In this document: positions 53,541 to 64,000 of the stretch, piece by piece
Layout: each line of letters opens with the position of its first letter
Numbering within the stretch: position 1 is the first letter of the stretch
Assembly (NCBI GenBank): GCA_030141605.1
Contig: JAQGDQ010000238.1
Location: 278,854 to 342,853, forward strand
Length of the DNA stretch: 64,000 bases
Direction of reading: 5' to 3'
Origin: Tubiluchus corallicola
Taxonomy: Eukaryota > Animalia > Priapulida
Position numbers and translations under genes: made by a program
Notes under the pieces: model-generated
Database searches by the model: none
What the model saw: the letters and a program-made list of their open reading frames with translations, nothing else
Told to the model about the DNA's origin: nothing

Positions 53541-54416
53541 GTAGGCTGTATGACCAAAATTTATGATTAGCACTGCATTGTTTATGGAATGTATGATTAG
53601 CACTGCATTGTTTTATCCACAGACGTGCAATTTACTCAATTCCTCTGACAGATTATAAAAATACACATTAAAGAAATGTGCAGAGGAAACCCTGCCTTAC
53701 GCCAGACCCAAAACTGGAAGAGGTTGCATTACACACTTTGTGTTTCCTGATTTTTATACCAGCTTGTTATATAATGCTTTAAAACAGCCACAGCTTTAAG
53801 CAGACCAAATGATTTCTTGTGGTCCTTCAGACCTTCAGATATCCTGTAATCTCATTTATGTGATTGTGACTGATTATGCTGTTAAACAAAAATGACAGAT
53901 GCATGACAGTACTAGGACTTGCATAATTAAGTGTTCTGCATTCAGGACCTTAAATCCGTCAGAATTCCTGCATTCTGCGCATCGTCTATAGGCAAAGTTT
54001 CTTCCGTAATCTGTTATAGGAGATTCAAAAACTGTAGATTCAGTGGAGCACCACAGATTTTTACCACACAACTATATATACCAGTTTTGTATCACAAAAT
54101 ACGCATTGAAAGTAACATTACAATAAATTAGCAAAAACCAACTGTTCTACTACTAAAACATATCTTACACTATTTATTCATTATTAAACTTATACCAGTA
54201 AACTGCATATCTCGTAATATCCATTATAAATTACTACTCGTGAAGTACACTAGTACTGTCTATTACAACACTTTCATTAATAAAATTCGCATAATCTCCG
54301 AGCTCCTGGTTCAAGTCCAGACTCAGTTCTGATTTTTTTCACATTTTTTCTACCACTATTTGCATTCACGAAATTGAGGATTTATTTTATCGCACATTAA
54401 TAATAAATCAATCCTA

Positions 54417-54668
<252 letters not shown>

Positions 54669-55303
54669 TTATTTCAGACATTCTACAACTAGGGTAGTTT
54701 TAGTGACAAAAGTTGGGAGAAACAAAATTAGCTACATGTATTTTTAACACTTGGGTGTATCATAAATTATAATAAATTGAAATAATTTTATTTATAAGAG
54801 ATTTATTATGTTCTGTGTAGATTTTCTCATGATGTTTTGATAACTGATAACTGTTTTTATTGGTTTTTACTTCTGTGTTATGACTTGTCGTGAATTTTAC
54901 CTTGCGACTATTTGTAAAGCACCAATGAATATATCGGTATAAATAAATTTTGTTGCTGTGAGAAATGCATGAATGTGACAGAATAGTGATGGTGATTTTG
55001 GGCGTTGATTGTCACACAATCTCCATTTACCTCAGCACCAGTCCATTGAAATAATCTGAAAGTTTTATTTGAAAGTTTAATTGTTTTTGTCTGAGATTAA
55101 AATGCTCGAATAATCACTTGTAAACTGTTTGTAAATTTTCACATGATTTAGATGTGTTCCGTTCAAAAAGCAAATTTTGGAAAAACTTTGTACTTCACAA
55201 AAACAGTTCTGAAAACTGCGGAAATTAAAAACATAAATACATACATAAACAGCTCACTGCATGACAGCAGTGATACAGCTAATCATTGGTTGTCTATTTT
55301 TAG

Positions 55304-55426
55304 ATACAATACAGAAAACTTGGGAAACAAGTTCATTCATCTCACAAATGGTGAGGTGAACCAACATAACGTCAAATATACTATTAATTCCAATCACGAT
55401 CTTTACTCGAAGCAGGGACACATATG
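55304..55426 (+). CDS. TTLL4: TTLL4-like exon
   Basis: YNTENLGNKFIHLTNGEVNQHNVKY...QGHIW. tttag/GTAAGT. Confidence 0.92.
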
Positions 55427-56237
55427 GTAAGTTTGCACTCTAGTAACTTTTCAATGTTAATTATTAAAATCTTAACATGAAGGTCGTTATTGATAATGTT
55501 ACAAACCAAAAACTAATTAAATTTTGATTCCAAATTTGAAAGACAAAAAAATTTAAGAAGTTGGATTGCAGCCCGGATGAAAATGAAAGATTATTGAAGA
55601 AGAAATCAAACATTTTCATTTTTGAAAAGAAATTTGAACAATCATTAGCCAATAATTATAAAATAAGTGTGTTGGTTTGTTTTCTACATGAACACAAAGA
55701 GTTTTATGTTTAGCAGTCCAGGATAAAGCAACTCACTACATTGTAATGGAATAAAATGTTACAAATGTCTTTTGTTCTCAGACATTTTACTCAGCACATA
55801 GGTTATGAAGTTAATTTTGCAATTATTCAACAATGTTTGTTGAATTCTCAAGTCAAAGTAAATATATTTTTCACATACGAATGAACGTTTGCCCATAATG
55901 CCGGATTTTTTTCAAGCCAAATTTGCTAGACTTTGATACTTTTAATTAATGTGGAATACTTATATTATGACTTGTGCTGCGTTACAATTCGCAATCTCAG
56001 GTGTCTTACTGTGGATTCTAGAATCTAGACTCTGTAATTATCAGTAAATTGTAAAATATGCAAGGCTAAATCATTATTAGCTGTTCATATTATTCATATA
56101 TTAATGGCTGTCTTGTGTGTAAATGTCTCCATTTTTATCACTGGGTGCATATGCTTGCATTTTTAAGAAAAATAATGTATTTCATCTGATCACAGCTTGT
56201 TTTATAGATACTTTAAAAACATTTGCCTACTGTTTAG

Positions 56238-56336
56238 GAACCTACATATGTTACGTCACCATCTTATCACGAAAGGAATTGACATACGTCCAATCTGGAA
56301 AGAAATACAATACTCAATTGTTAAGCAAATTATCAG
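56238..56336 (+). CDS. TTLL4: TTLL4-like exon
   Basis: NLHMLRHHLITKGIDIRPIWKEIQYSIVKQIIS. tttag/GTAAC, phase 2/2. This frame is not in the ORF track. Confidence 0.88.
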
Positions 56337-58462
56337 GTAACAAACTAACAAATGATTGTCTTGATGTCTCGATTAGTGGTTCCAATAATTTAGTTTAAAC
56401 AGTTAAGGGACAAGAAAACATTATTCATAAATAAATCATAAAAACTAAAATGCCTTGCTTAAAAATGCAAAAGAAATTTAAGTATTTTTGTCTCCCGCCA
56501 ATCGAACCTCGTTGCGGGCATATTTAAAAAAATTGATGCAAACTGTGGACTGCGTGAACGCCGTGAAAGTATCATGCAGTTTATTCTGAAGTTCCACTAT
56601 TCTAGCATTGTTTGTAACTGTGTTTATGTAAAAATTAGTCACCACATTCAACTAGCAACAATTTAAAGTGCTCTAATCCACAGGATTGTACCTTAAATGA
56701 CTAAGTACTGTATAGTGTACATAATAAATTTACATAAGCATGCTATTCTGCGAAGGGGCGGAACTAGATGTGGCAAGCAGGGGGGGGGGCCGCAAAAATT
56801 TTCTGGGAGGGCGAGGTATCCGAAGTGGTTAAATAATGGTTAAGCCAATTTTTAACCCCTTTTATACCGCATGCAGGCCTATAATTAGCATGTGTGTAGG
56901 ACGGCGTAGCGGACAGAGCAATAATGAGAAAATTAACTCTCAGTTAACCTAACGTTATTAACGTGCCTCTAACTAAATTGTTATTTACAGAAATTTATCA
57001 CGCACAAGTTTTAAGAAAATAATACGCAGGAAATAATGTCAAAATGAAATGTGCAACGATACTTCCTTGGACAAAAAAGTCTAAACTTTTCAAAAAGTCT
57101 CAAATTTCAGCATGGTACTGCTGCTACACCAGCATCTTATAGCTGAGCACACAGACCTGTTGGCCTGTGTGTAGAGCATGTAACTGTGTGTGGTCCCTGT
57201 AGGCCTACACTGTGATAGGCACCTCTATGCACACTGAGTTTTGTCTGCACGCACACTGAAGCTACCAAACATTTTTTTGCCTAATTCTCTAATTCATATT
57301 GAAAATGATTACATGCGAACTGCAATTTTCACTGCAAAAAAAATATTTGTCCGATTTTGCAGGGGGGGGGCGCAAATTTTGACAGGGAGGTTATTTAGCT
57401 ATTAGAGTTCAGTTTTAGCTTGTCGAAATAATTATTCTATTACGTTGTAAGTACTAATCCCAGGTTATTATACTAGGTATCATCAGTAACCATTTTTCAT
57501 TACATAGACATAGACATAGACATAGATATAGAACATTTATTTTCTCTAATTAGTTTAACATCAAAAGTTTTTTATATATTAAGTAATTATAATCATGGAG
57601 CAGGGCAGGGAAGGACCACAGGGTCATCTAGTCTCCTGCCCTTTCTTATAAATAGATCAGTATATTAAAAATTAACGGTGATGCTTCAGATAACAAAAAC
57701 AAATGAGAAAAAATAATAAAAACAGTATAAATGACACCAATTATCCAAAAAGAACTGAAAACAAAAAATAATAAAGTTAGATACCTAAATCTAAACAAAA
57801 CAATACAATTATTCAGTAATTAGGATTATTATACGTAGTAGTTTCAAATGGGGTCTAATAACAGGGGAATTTGACCAAGGTTTGTGAGTAAAGTTAAAAA
57901 CTAAGAGTATGGAAAGAAAAAAATAAGAATCAATAAAGTGTAATATAGAAAAATTTATGAGAAAAAGTAAGTATGAGAAAGAGCAACAATTACTTAGGAG
58001 ATGAGGATAAAAAAGAAAAGAAAAAACTTGCTAGCTTGCTTATTAATCTTACAAGTTATGTACTACAGTTATATCCATTTAGTAAGATTTTTGTGTATTT
58101 TTTGGAAGCAGAAGCGCAGTAGGCAACGAAATTCATCAAAAAGTAAAAAATAATAATCTTTAGTTAATAATAGTAATTGCACCTGCAAAAATTTGCTCAA
58201 TCACCTAGGGGATAAGTGTTTATAGTACACAGTAACCCAATGACGTAATTTTGAGTTCAAAATGACCGCTCCCAAGCGTAAAGTGATCGCGACATTAAAT
58301 TGATTTTACTAGTTTATCAAAATTTTATTGCTGAAACTTTCCAACATTTTTCTCAAGTATTAAAATAAGCTCAACCTCCCGAGAGACTTGCTTTTCCTTT
58401 AACAAAATTGCCATGTAGAATTTGCTATTCCTGTTCGCACTACTCTTATTTTGTTTGTTTAG

Positions 58463-58594
58463 TGGGGAAACCATCCTGTACGATATGATGTCTTATCAGA
58501 GGACTCCTTATTGCTGCCATCAACTGTATGGATATGATGTCTTGTTTGATGATAACCTGAAGCCATGGCTACTAGAAGTTAACAATATCCCAAG
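58463..58594 (+). CDS. TTLL4: TTLL4-like exon
   Basis: [29 protein letters not shown], with the Mg-binding D and ExN. Confidence 0.94.
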
Positions 58595-59256
58595 GTTTTG
58601 TTAAGATTTTGCTATCACAAAATGTTCTAGAAATCCATACAGTTATTATTTTTATTGCTTTATATCTCCTTTGTTCTCTGCTAACATTTCCCTTAATAAC
58701 TAGTGAAGCTTGCAAGCCATGTTGAAGTTGATTTTTATGAACATCACAAGAAACTGTGTGCTCTTCATGTGGGCATGTGGGCTTGCTGTTATTTTTCTGG
58801 AAATAGTCCTATGAGGATCATCAGGCTTTAATTTGAATTCACAACATTTTAAGCAATTCTATGTAGATTGGATGGTAGAGTATTCAGTAACTTGTAGGCC
58901 TATTTTGTTCATGGACTTGGTAGTCTCTTTGAAAAAAAATGATTGGTAGAAATACTACTGTACAAATGCAAGGAGATGGTTGAATTTCTTCACCACATCG
59001 CAAACCTTAACTTTCCTACTTAAAGGAAGACAGGATGATTTTTCTCATACTGCCCCGTTTTCAAGTTCGATAAAAAGTACACACGACTTTCACTTGAGTC
59101 ATTTTTTTTAAAAAAATAGTATTTTTTCCTTTCAATATTTTAAGGAGTAGATTGTTTTGACGTACAGTACAGTACATTTCGTCTGGTTTTGGTTTGATTT
59201 ATCATTTCGTTGGTAAACTATGAACTTATTTTCATAAAATTTGGTTTTGCTTTTAG

Positions 59257-59367
59257 CCAACGCGATGATCCAATGCAAACGAGTATCAGTGGTCCAATGT
59301 TACGTGATACTTTTAACACAGCTGGTTATCGCTTACCGAAAAAGTCTTCATTGCTGACTCGTGAAAG
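59257..59367 (+). CDS. TTLL4: TTLL4-like exon
   Basis: SQRDDPMQTSISGPMLRDTFNTAGYRLP aligns with TTLL4 SLHSSSPLDISIKGQMIRDLLNLAGFVLP. Confidence 0.88.
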
Positions 59368-59726
59368 GTTGGTGGTAAACCTATCTGAGCCTGTTCTAAA
59401 GATTTTATTATTTAACAAATGGAATTCAGCTCACTGTGCACAAATGGTTTTGCGTGTTTGGCATTACATTACCTTATGACTATTAACTTTCTCACTTATT
59501 ATCAATTGTCGCAGTGTAAAGACTTGTGAGTTTGAATCTCAAAAAGTCGACTTCTTTATTGCTTGGCTTATAATAGCTGTGCAACAGCTTATTGTGGAGA
59601 AAACTATAAATTTGATTTTTATACTTCACTCAGCTAAGTCTGTAGTCTGCTAGAGTTACACGAATATTCAAACCTGTAGCATACGGTGTTACTGGAATTA
59701 AAAATAGCAACTTTTAACATTTTTAG

Positions 59727-59844
59727 CAACTCTTCTACAACTCGTGGCGAATTTCCTGCACCTCCTAAATCCCTCCGGAGTTCGAATCTAGCTGCATATG
59801 AAATCGAAAAGCGTTTACATTTTACAAGAAACTCTTCCGAAGAT
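59727..59844 (+). CDS. TTLL4: TTLL4-like exon
   Basis: NSSTTRGEFPAPPKSLRSSNLAAYEIEKRLHFTRNSSED. ttttag/GTAAGT, and phases 2/0 fit both neighbours. Confidence 0.8.
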
Positions 59845-60277
59845 GTAAGTATCAAGCACTTCTCTTAGTATCATTAAGTTTTTTAGGCATTGTTGCACGG
59901 GCTTTAATTGTGCTGTCTTGTGCAGACCTATGCAAGCAGGTTAAACCTGCAATAAGCACTACACCATATTGTGGAAAAACCAGGTAATTTAATGTGAGTT
60001 ATCTTACAAGGATATTTACAATGGCAACATGGTCGCTAACCTGACCAGAATAGAGTGCTCGTGCGCACAATTACCGTTAACTATATGAACTTTAGCAGTA
60101 TCACCACTGCCAGGAACAGTAACAGCAACACCAGCAACGCACAACCACCACCACCACCACTACCACCACCAACACCAACACCACACCAACAGTAACAACA
60201 ATAGATTGGCAAATGAATAATACAGTAACACGAATGCAGTTTTCAAGGCACACTTATTATTAGTAAACTATTTTCAG

Positions 60278-60488
60278 GAAATAACTGAGCATATTCTAGA
60301 TGATCTGACACCAGGTGATGTACGAGAACTAATAGAAGCAGAAGATGAATATCATCGACGAGGAGGATTTCAACGCATTTTTCCCAGTCCAACGTCTCAT
60401 AAATATTTAAAGTATTTTGAACACAAACGCTACAGTAACTTGTTGTTAGACGCTTGGACGAGAAAATATCACAGCAATCGTAAAGCTG
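60278..60488 (+). CDS. TTLL4: TTLL4-like exon (last confident exon in window)
   Basis: ILDDLTPGDVRELIEAEDEYHRRGGFQRIFPSPTSHKYLKYFEHKRYSNLLLDAWTRKY, characteristic of the TTLL4 C-terminal region. ttttcag/GTAGGT. Confidence 0.93.
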
Positions 60489-60627
60489 GTAGGTACCTAG
60501 TAGTATATCTATGACAATACTTGATTAGGAATTTACTTTTTGAATCTTATTAATGAGTAAGAGGGTTGTTCTGTAAGAAAACATTTATGATGAGATAATA
60601 GTTATTACACTGTAGATTCTCACGCAC

Positions 60628-61590
60628 CTGCTTAGTACATCTATTTGTAACAACTCCATGTCGGCAAAATTCCCATTTATATTCTCCTGTGTGTTGCTAT
60701 GATAAGATAAGCAAATTAGCTAGCGGTTCATGCGTCGAGATACTTCCCCGGGGGTGGGCGCTACCATGGTTGGCGCCCAGAAAATTTTTGAACTGCTAGA
60801 ATGCCGGAGAAGCATTTTCGAAGAGAAAATATGGAGTTATACAGTAATTAAAGGAAAGAACAATTGAAAGAAAAACTGCTTTTTATTCTCAAGACCAGTC
60901 CTTAATACTTGTCAATACTGGCAAACGGCGCGTGTGCGGCAAGAGAGAAGGAGGGAGAGGGAGAGGAGGCAGTATGTTCGCATGAAGCAAAAAAAACAGT
61001 TACCTTGGCGCGAGGCCCCATGGAGGGTGAGGCCCCGGGGAAGTATCCCCACTTCCCCCCCCCCCCCCTTGAAATAGGCCCTGCACATAAGTACTAGTTA
61101 ACTCCTATATGCAAATAAACTACCAATAAAAGAATACCACACCTGTGGAAAATTAACGAAATTAATAAATAATCTCAAGACAGGTAAAGACAACAGTTAA
61201 TCCAACAAAAAACTATACACTGTAGTGGTTTGTCAATAGCACTTCCAGTATAGATATAATACAACTAGACAAATGCACAGCCGTACATGGAACGCTCTCT
61301 TTTAGACATTATGAATAAATACATTCTTTTTTAAAAGTTGATATTCTGCACTTAGCTACATGTAGCACATGCCTGCATATCTAAAGTAACCGCTCATTTA
61401 CATGAAAAATAAACTTATCAAGTTCTTAAAAAAAATTACCTGTGACGGGAACGGAGCAATGAAAGCACGAAGATTTAACGTTTGTGCTGGTCGCTTTATC
61501 ATAAATGTACCACGTGAATGGAACTGTGAAATCTGCAACTTCTAATCTTTCATGTAACACCGTGAACGTACCAACACCAAATTCAACTTC
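60628..61590 (-). pseudogene. Ionotropic glutamate receptor (iGluR/IR) pseudogene fragment: S1 to pre-M1 exon 61440-61590, and an M1 exon starting at 61142 that is interrupted by a MITE
   Basis: EVEFGVGTFTVLHERLEVADFTVPF, then a frameshift to GTFMIKRPAQTLNLRAFIAPFPSQ|GT. The next exon, cag|VWYSFIGSLF, hits a stop and a hAT MITE. The lower boundary is tentative. Confidence 0.75.
60760..61083. mobile_element. Second, inverted, one-end-truncated copy of the 44644-45013 hAT MITE
   Basis: Reverse complement of about 44644-44940 (gcattttcgaagagaaaatatggag, cttgtcaatactggcaaa, tgaaataggccctg). Confidence 0.88.
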
Positions 61591-62229
61591 CTGAAAAAAG
61601 AAATCACAGAATTTGGGTTTTGAATTTAAATTAATTAAAACAGCTAACACTGTGGTATTGATTCTTACATCCTAAGATTCTGCTGTCAGGGATAACCACA
61701 GGCAGAAAAAGGTATTTTTCAGATCTGTGGTTTCGAACAGATGCAATGCAATTATAAGCAAAGAATGATTGCCCACTGTGAGAATTATTGATGCTCGAAG
61801 AAACATTGCATACCGTAGCTCACAGTTTAATTGGTCCATAACAACAGAGACATTAAGCAGCATCACGTTTTGACAATTATGTTGTGTTTAGGTGGGTGAG
61901 CAAAGAAACCGCAAGCAAAATTTGTGCATTTAAAAGAAAATTTTCAACTCTTTTCACTTCATTTTTTAATTAAGGATCCTTATAAATGTGCACCATACAA
62001 TCTCACTCAGACTCAGACACCAACGTATCGTCTTAAAAGTCGGTAAAAAATAGCATATTAGCTGAAAAGTATGTAAACGTTTTATTATACAGATTAATCA
62101 GAAATGGATAAAAAAAATTATCTGAGTTTCTGTAGTGGCGCAATTGACTTTCATACTTTAAATTCTAATTGTGTAGTAGGTCAATCTCTTATATTAATAT
62201 TCTTGGTATATATATTTATTTATTTATAT

Positions 62230-62995
62230 ATATATAAGATTCGAGGCTACAGCTTCGACGAGGGCACATTTGCGGCGATCTATATATCAAACGAAAGGTC
62301 TCTATCTAGTGTCTTCTCATTGATGGTTTATTTTTCGAATTGGGCCCACCGGAAGGAAGGGGGGGGCGAAAAACCTCCAAAAATGGCCCTTTTTCGGCCG
62401 TTTTTTGCAAAAGTTATACGGCTGAGATGTAGAGAACGGAAATGGGCCGAGGAGGGTACTGGGTATGGATAGATAGCCCGTTCAGCGGTGGGTGTAGTAG
62501 GTATATTTAGAATTCCCGAGACGGCCAGGGCGCCCCACAACGGGCGTTTTCCCGGACACAACTCGCGATTTTTTCGAAATTTTGACCAAACAGCCTGCGG
62601 GAAAAACGTTCTAGCGTCGCCCGGTGGGACTCTAGGAAGGAGATATATGGCTCATCAGAAAGAGGAAGAACGGGGCTACACGATGACGTGGGCTATATTT
62701 TAGGGCAGGTCCACCGAGAGGAGTATTGGCGAGTTAATTAGGAGTTCTATTTTCGGCAATTTTCGCTTAGAAAACTGCTGACGCAAAGCTATTGTTGTGA
62801 CGTCATCCATTGTACTCTGCTGTAATCTTATAACTTTAATTCAGCAAAAAGCTGCCTGCTACGGGTTTGCGTTAGTTAAACAAACAGTAGGCATGATGTT
62901 ACGGGCTTTGTGTTATAAATGAGGACTAGGTAGGATGTTCGCGTATTATTGATTACACGTGTATTTATACGCAAAATCTTTTGCGGGGCCTTTGC
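62230..62995. mobile_element. Unclassified GC-richer interspersed element
   Basis: The distal half is an inverted copy of 53200-53540. The left boundary is inferred from base composition. Confidence 0.6.
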
Positions 62996-63139
62996 TATTT
63001 ATTATATTATAGCACATAGTTTCAACTTTGTGAAAAATGTTTGGAATGGTTTTGTTGTAATGCTGTGCTGTTGGTGCTTGTGCTATAGGTGTCGTCATCA
63101 TTGCCACCATCATCATCATCAACATCATGATCACCACGT

Positions 63140-64000
63140 GAGGTGGTGGATTTGATGTGGTGTGGTGGTGGTGTGCTTTGTGTGTTGTACTATGGATGGT
63201 GTGGTGGGGTGATAGGCTGTGTGGTGTGTGGTGTGGGTAGTGTGGTATGGAGTGGGTGGCATGGTGTGTGGGTGGGTGTTGTAGTGCAGTGCGGTGTGAT
63301 GTGGTGGAGTATTATGGTGTGGGTGATGTGGTGTGTGGGTGGTGCAGTGTGGTGTGGTGCAGTGGTATGGTGTGGTGTGATGTGGTGGAGTCGTATGGTG
63401 TGGGTGGTGTGGTGTGTGGGTGGTGCGGTGTGCTGCAGTGGTATGGTGTGGGTGGTGTGGTGTGTGGGTGGTGCGGTGTGCTGCAGTGGTATGGTGTGGT
63501 GTGGTGTGGTGTGATGTGGTGGAGTGGTATGGTGTGGGTGGGTGGTGTGGTGCAGTGTGGTGTTATGGTGTGGTGCTGTGCGGTGTGATGTGGTGGAGTA
63601 TTATGGTGTGGGTGGTGTGGTGTGGTGTGTGGGTGGTGCAGTGGTATGGTGTGGTGCAGTGTGGTGTGATGTGGTGGAGTGGTATGGTGTGGGTGGTGTG
63701 GTGTGTAGGTGGTATGGTGTGGTGCAGTGCGGTGTGGTGGTATTGTGTGGTGCAGTGTGGTGCGATGAGGTGGAGTGGTATGGTGTGGTGCAGTGTGGTG
63801 TGATGTGGTGGAGTGGTATGGTGTGGGTGGTGTGGTGTGTAGGTGGTATGGTGTGGTGGTATTGTGTGGTGCAGTGCGGTGTGATGTGGTGGAGTATTAT
63901 GGTGTGGGTGGTGTGGTGTGGTGTGTGGGTGGTGCGGTGTGGTGTGGTGCAGTGGTATGGTGTGGTGCAGTGTGGTGTGATGTGGTGGAGTCGTATGATA
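63140..64000. repeat. G/T-rich degenerate satellite based on (GTGTG)n, running off the window end
   Basis: Recurring modules gtgatgtggtggagtggtatggtgtgggtggtgtggtgt and ggtgcagtgtggt. Confidence 0.9.

Noticed and set aside
53623-53722. Exon-like segment (cacag|...RAIYSIPLTDYKIHIKEMCRGNPALRQTQNWKR|gt) inside a TTLL intron
   Set aside because: It is not needed for TTLL colinearity, has a weak donor and has no recognisable homology.

Overview
AT-rich animal genomic DNA, apparently invertebrate, with GT-AG introns and many microsatellites and transposon remnants. All gene models below were spliced and translated by hand. (1) Two paralogous three-exon genes (1481-10276 and 24221-29015, +) each encode a 160-aa secreted protein of no family I recognise, with a signal peptide, an RGD motif, an internal LDRYH...SP...NPG repeat and two conserved Cys. 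The pair carries a clear gene-conversion scar. (2) Between them is an intact three-exon galactose-3-O-sulfotransferase-family gene (14957-18049, +), with a piggyBac-type MITE inserted at the TTAA of its stop codon and a decayed duplicate behind it. (3) An internally deleted BEL/Pao LTR retrotransposon with both LTRs lies at 38054-43543 (-). (4) A TTLL4-like tubulin glutamylase gene has at least 12 open-frame exons (46283-60488, +). Its ATP/Mg catalytic motifs are intact but the donor-glutamate pocket residues appear replaced, making it the best candidate for new biology here. (5) Antisense pseudo-exons of an ABCC/MRP transporter and of an ionotropic glutamate receptor lie in or just after the TTLL gene. 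The window also holds hAT MITEs with 8-bp TSDs, a foldback-type element, a short RTE-derived element with a possible HDV-like ribozyme remnant, Penelope and LINE remnants, and minisatellites. Most long ORFs in the supplied track are microsatellite artefacts. Family assignments rest on motif recall, not on database searches.
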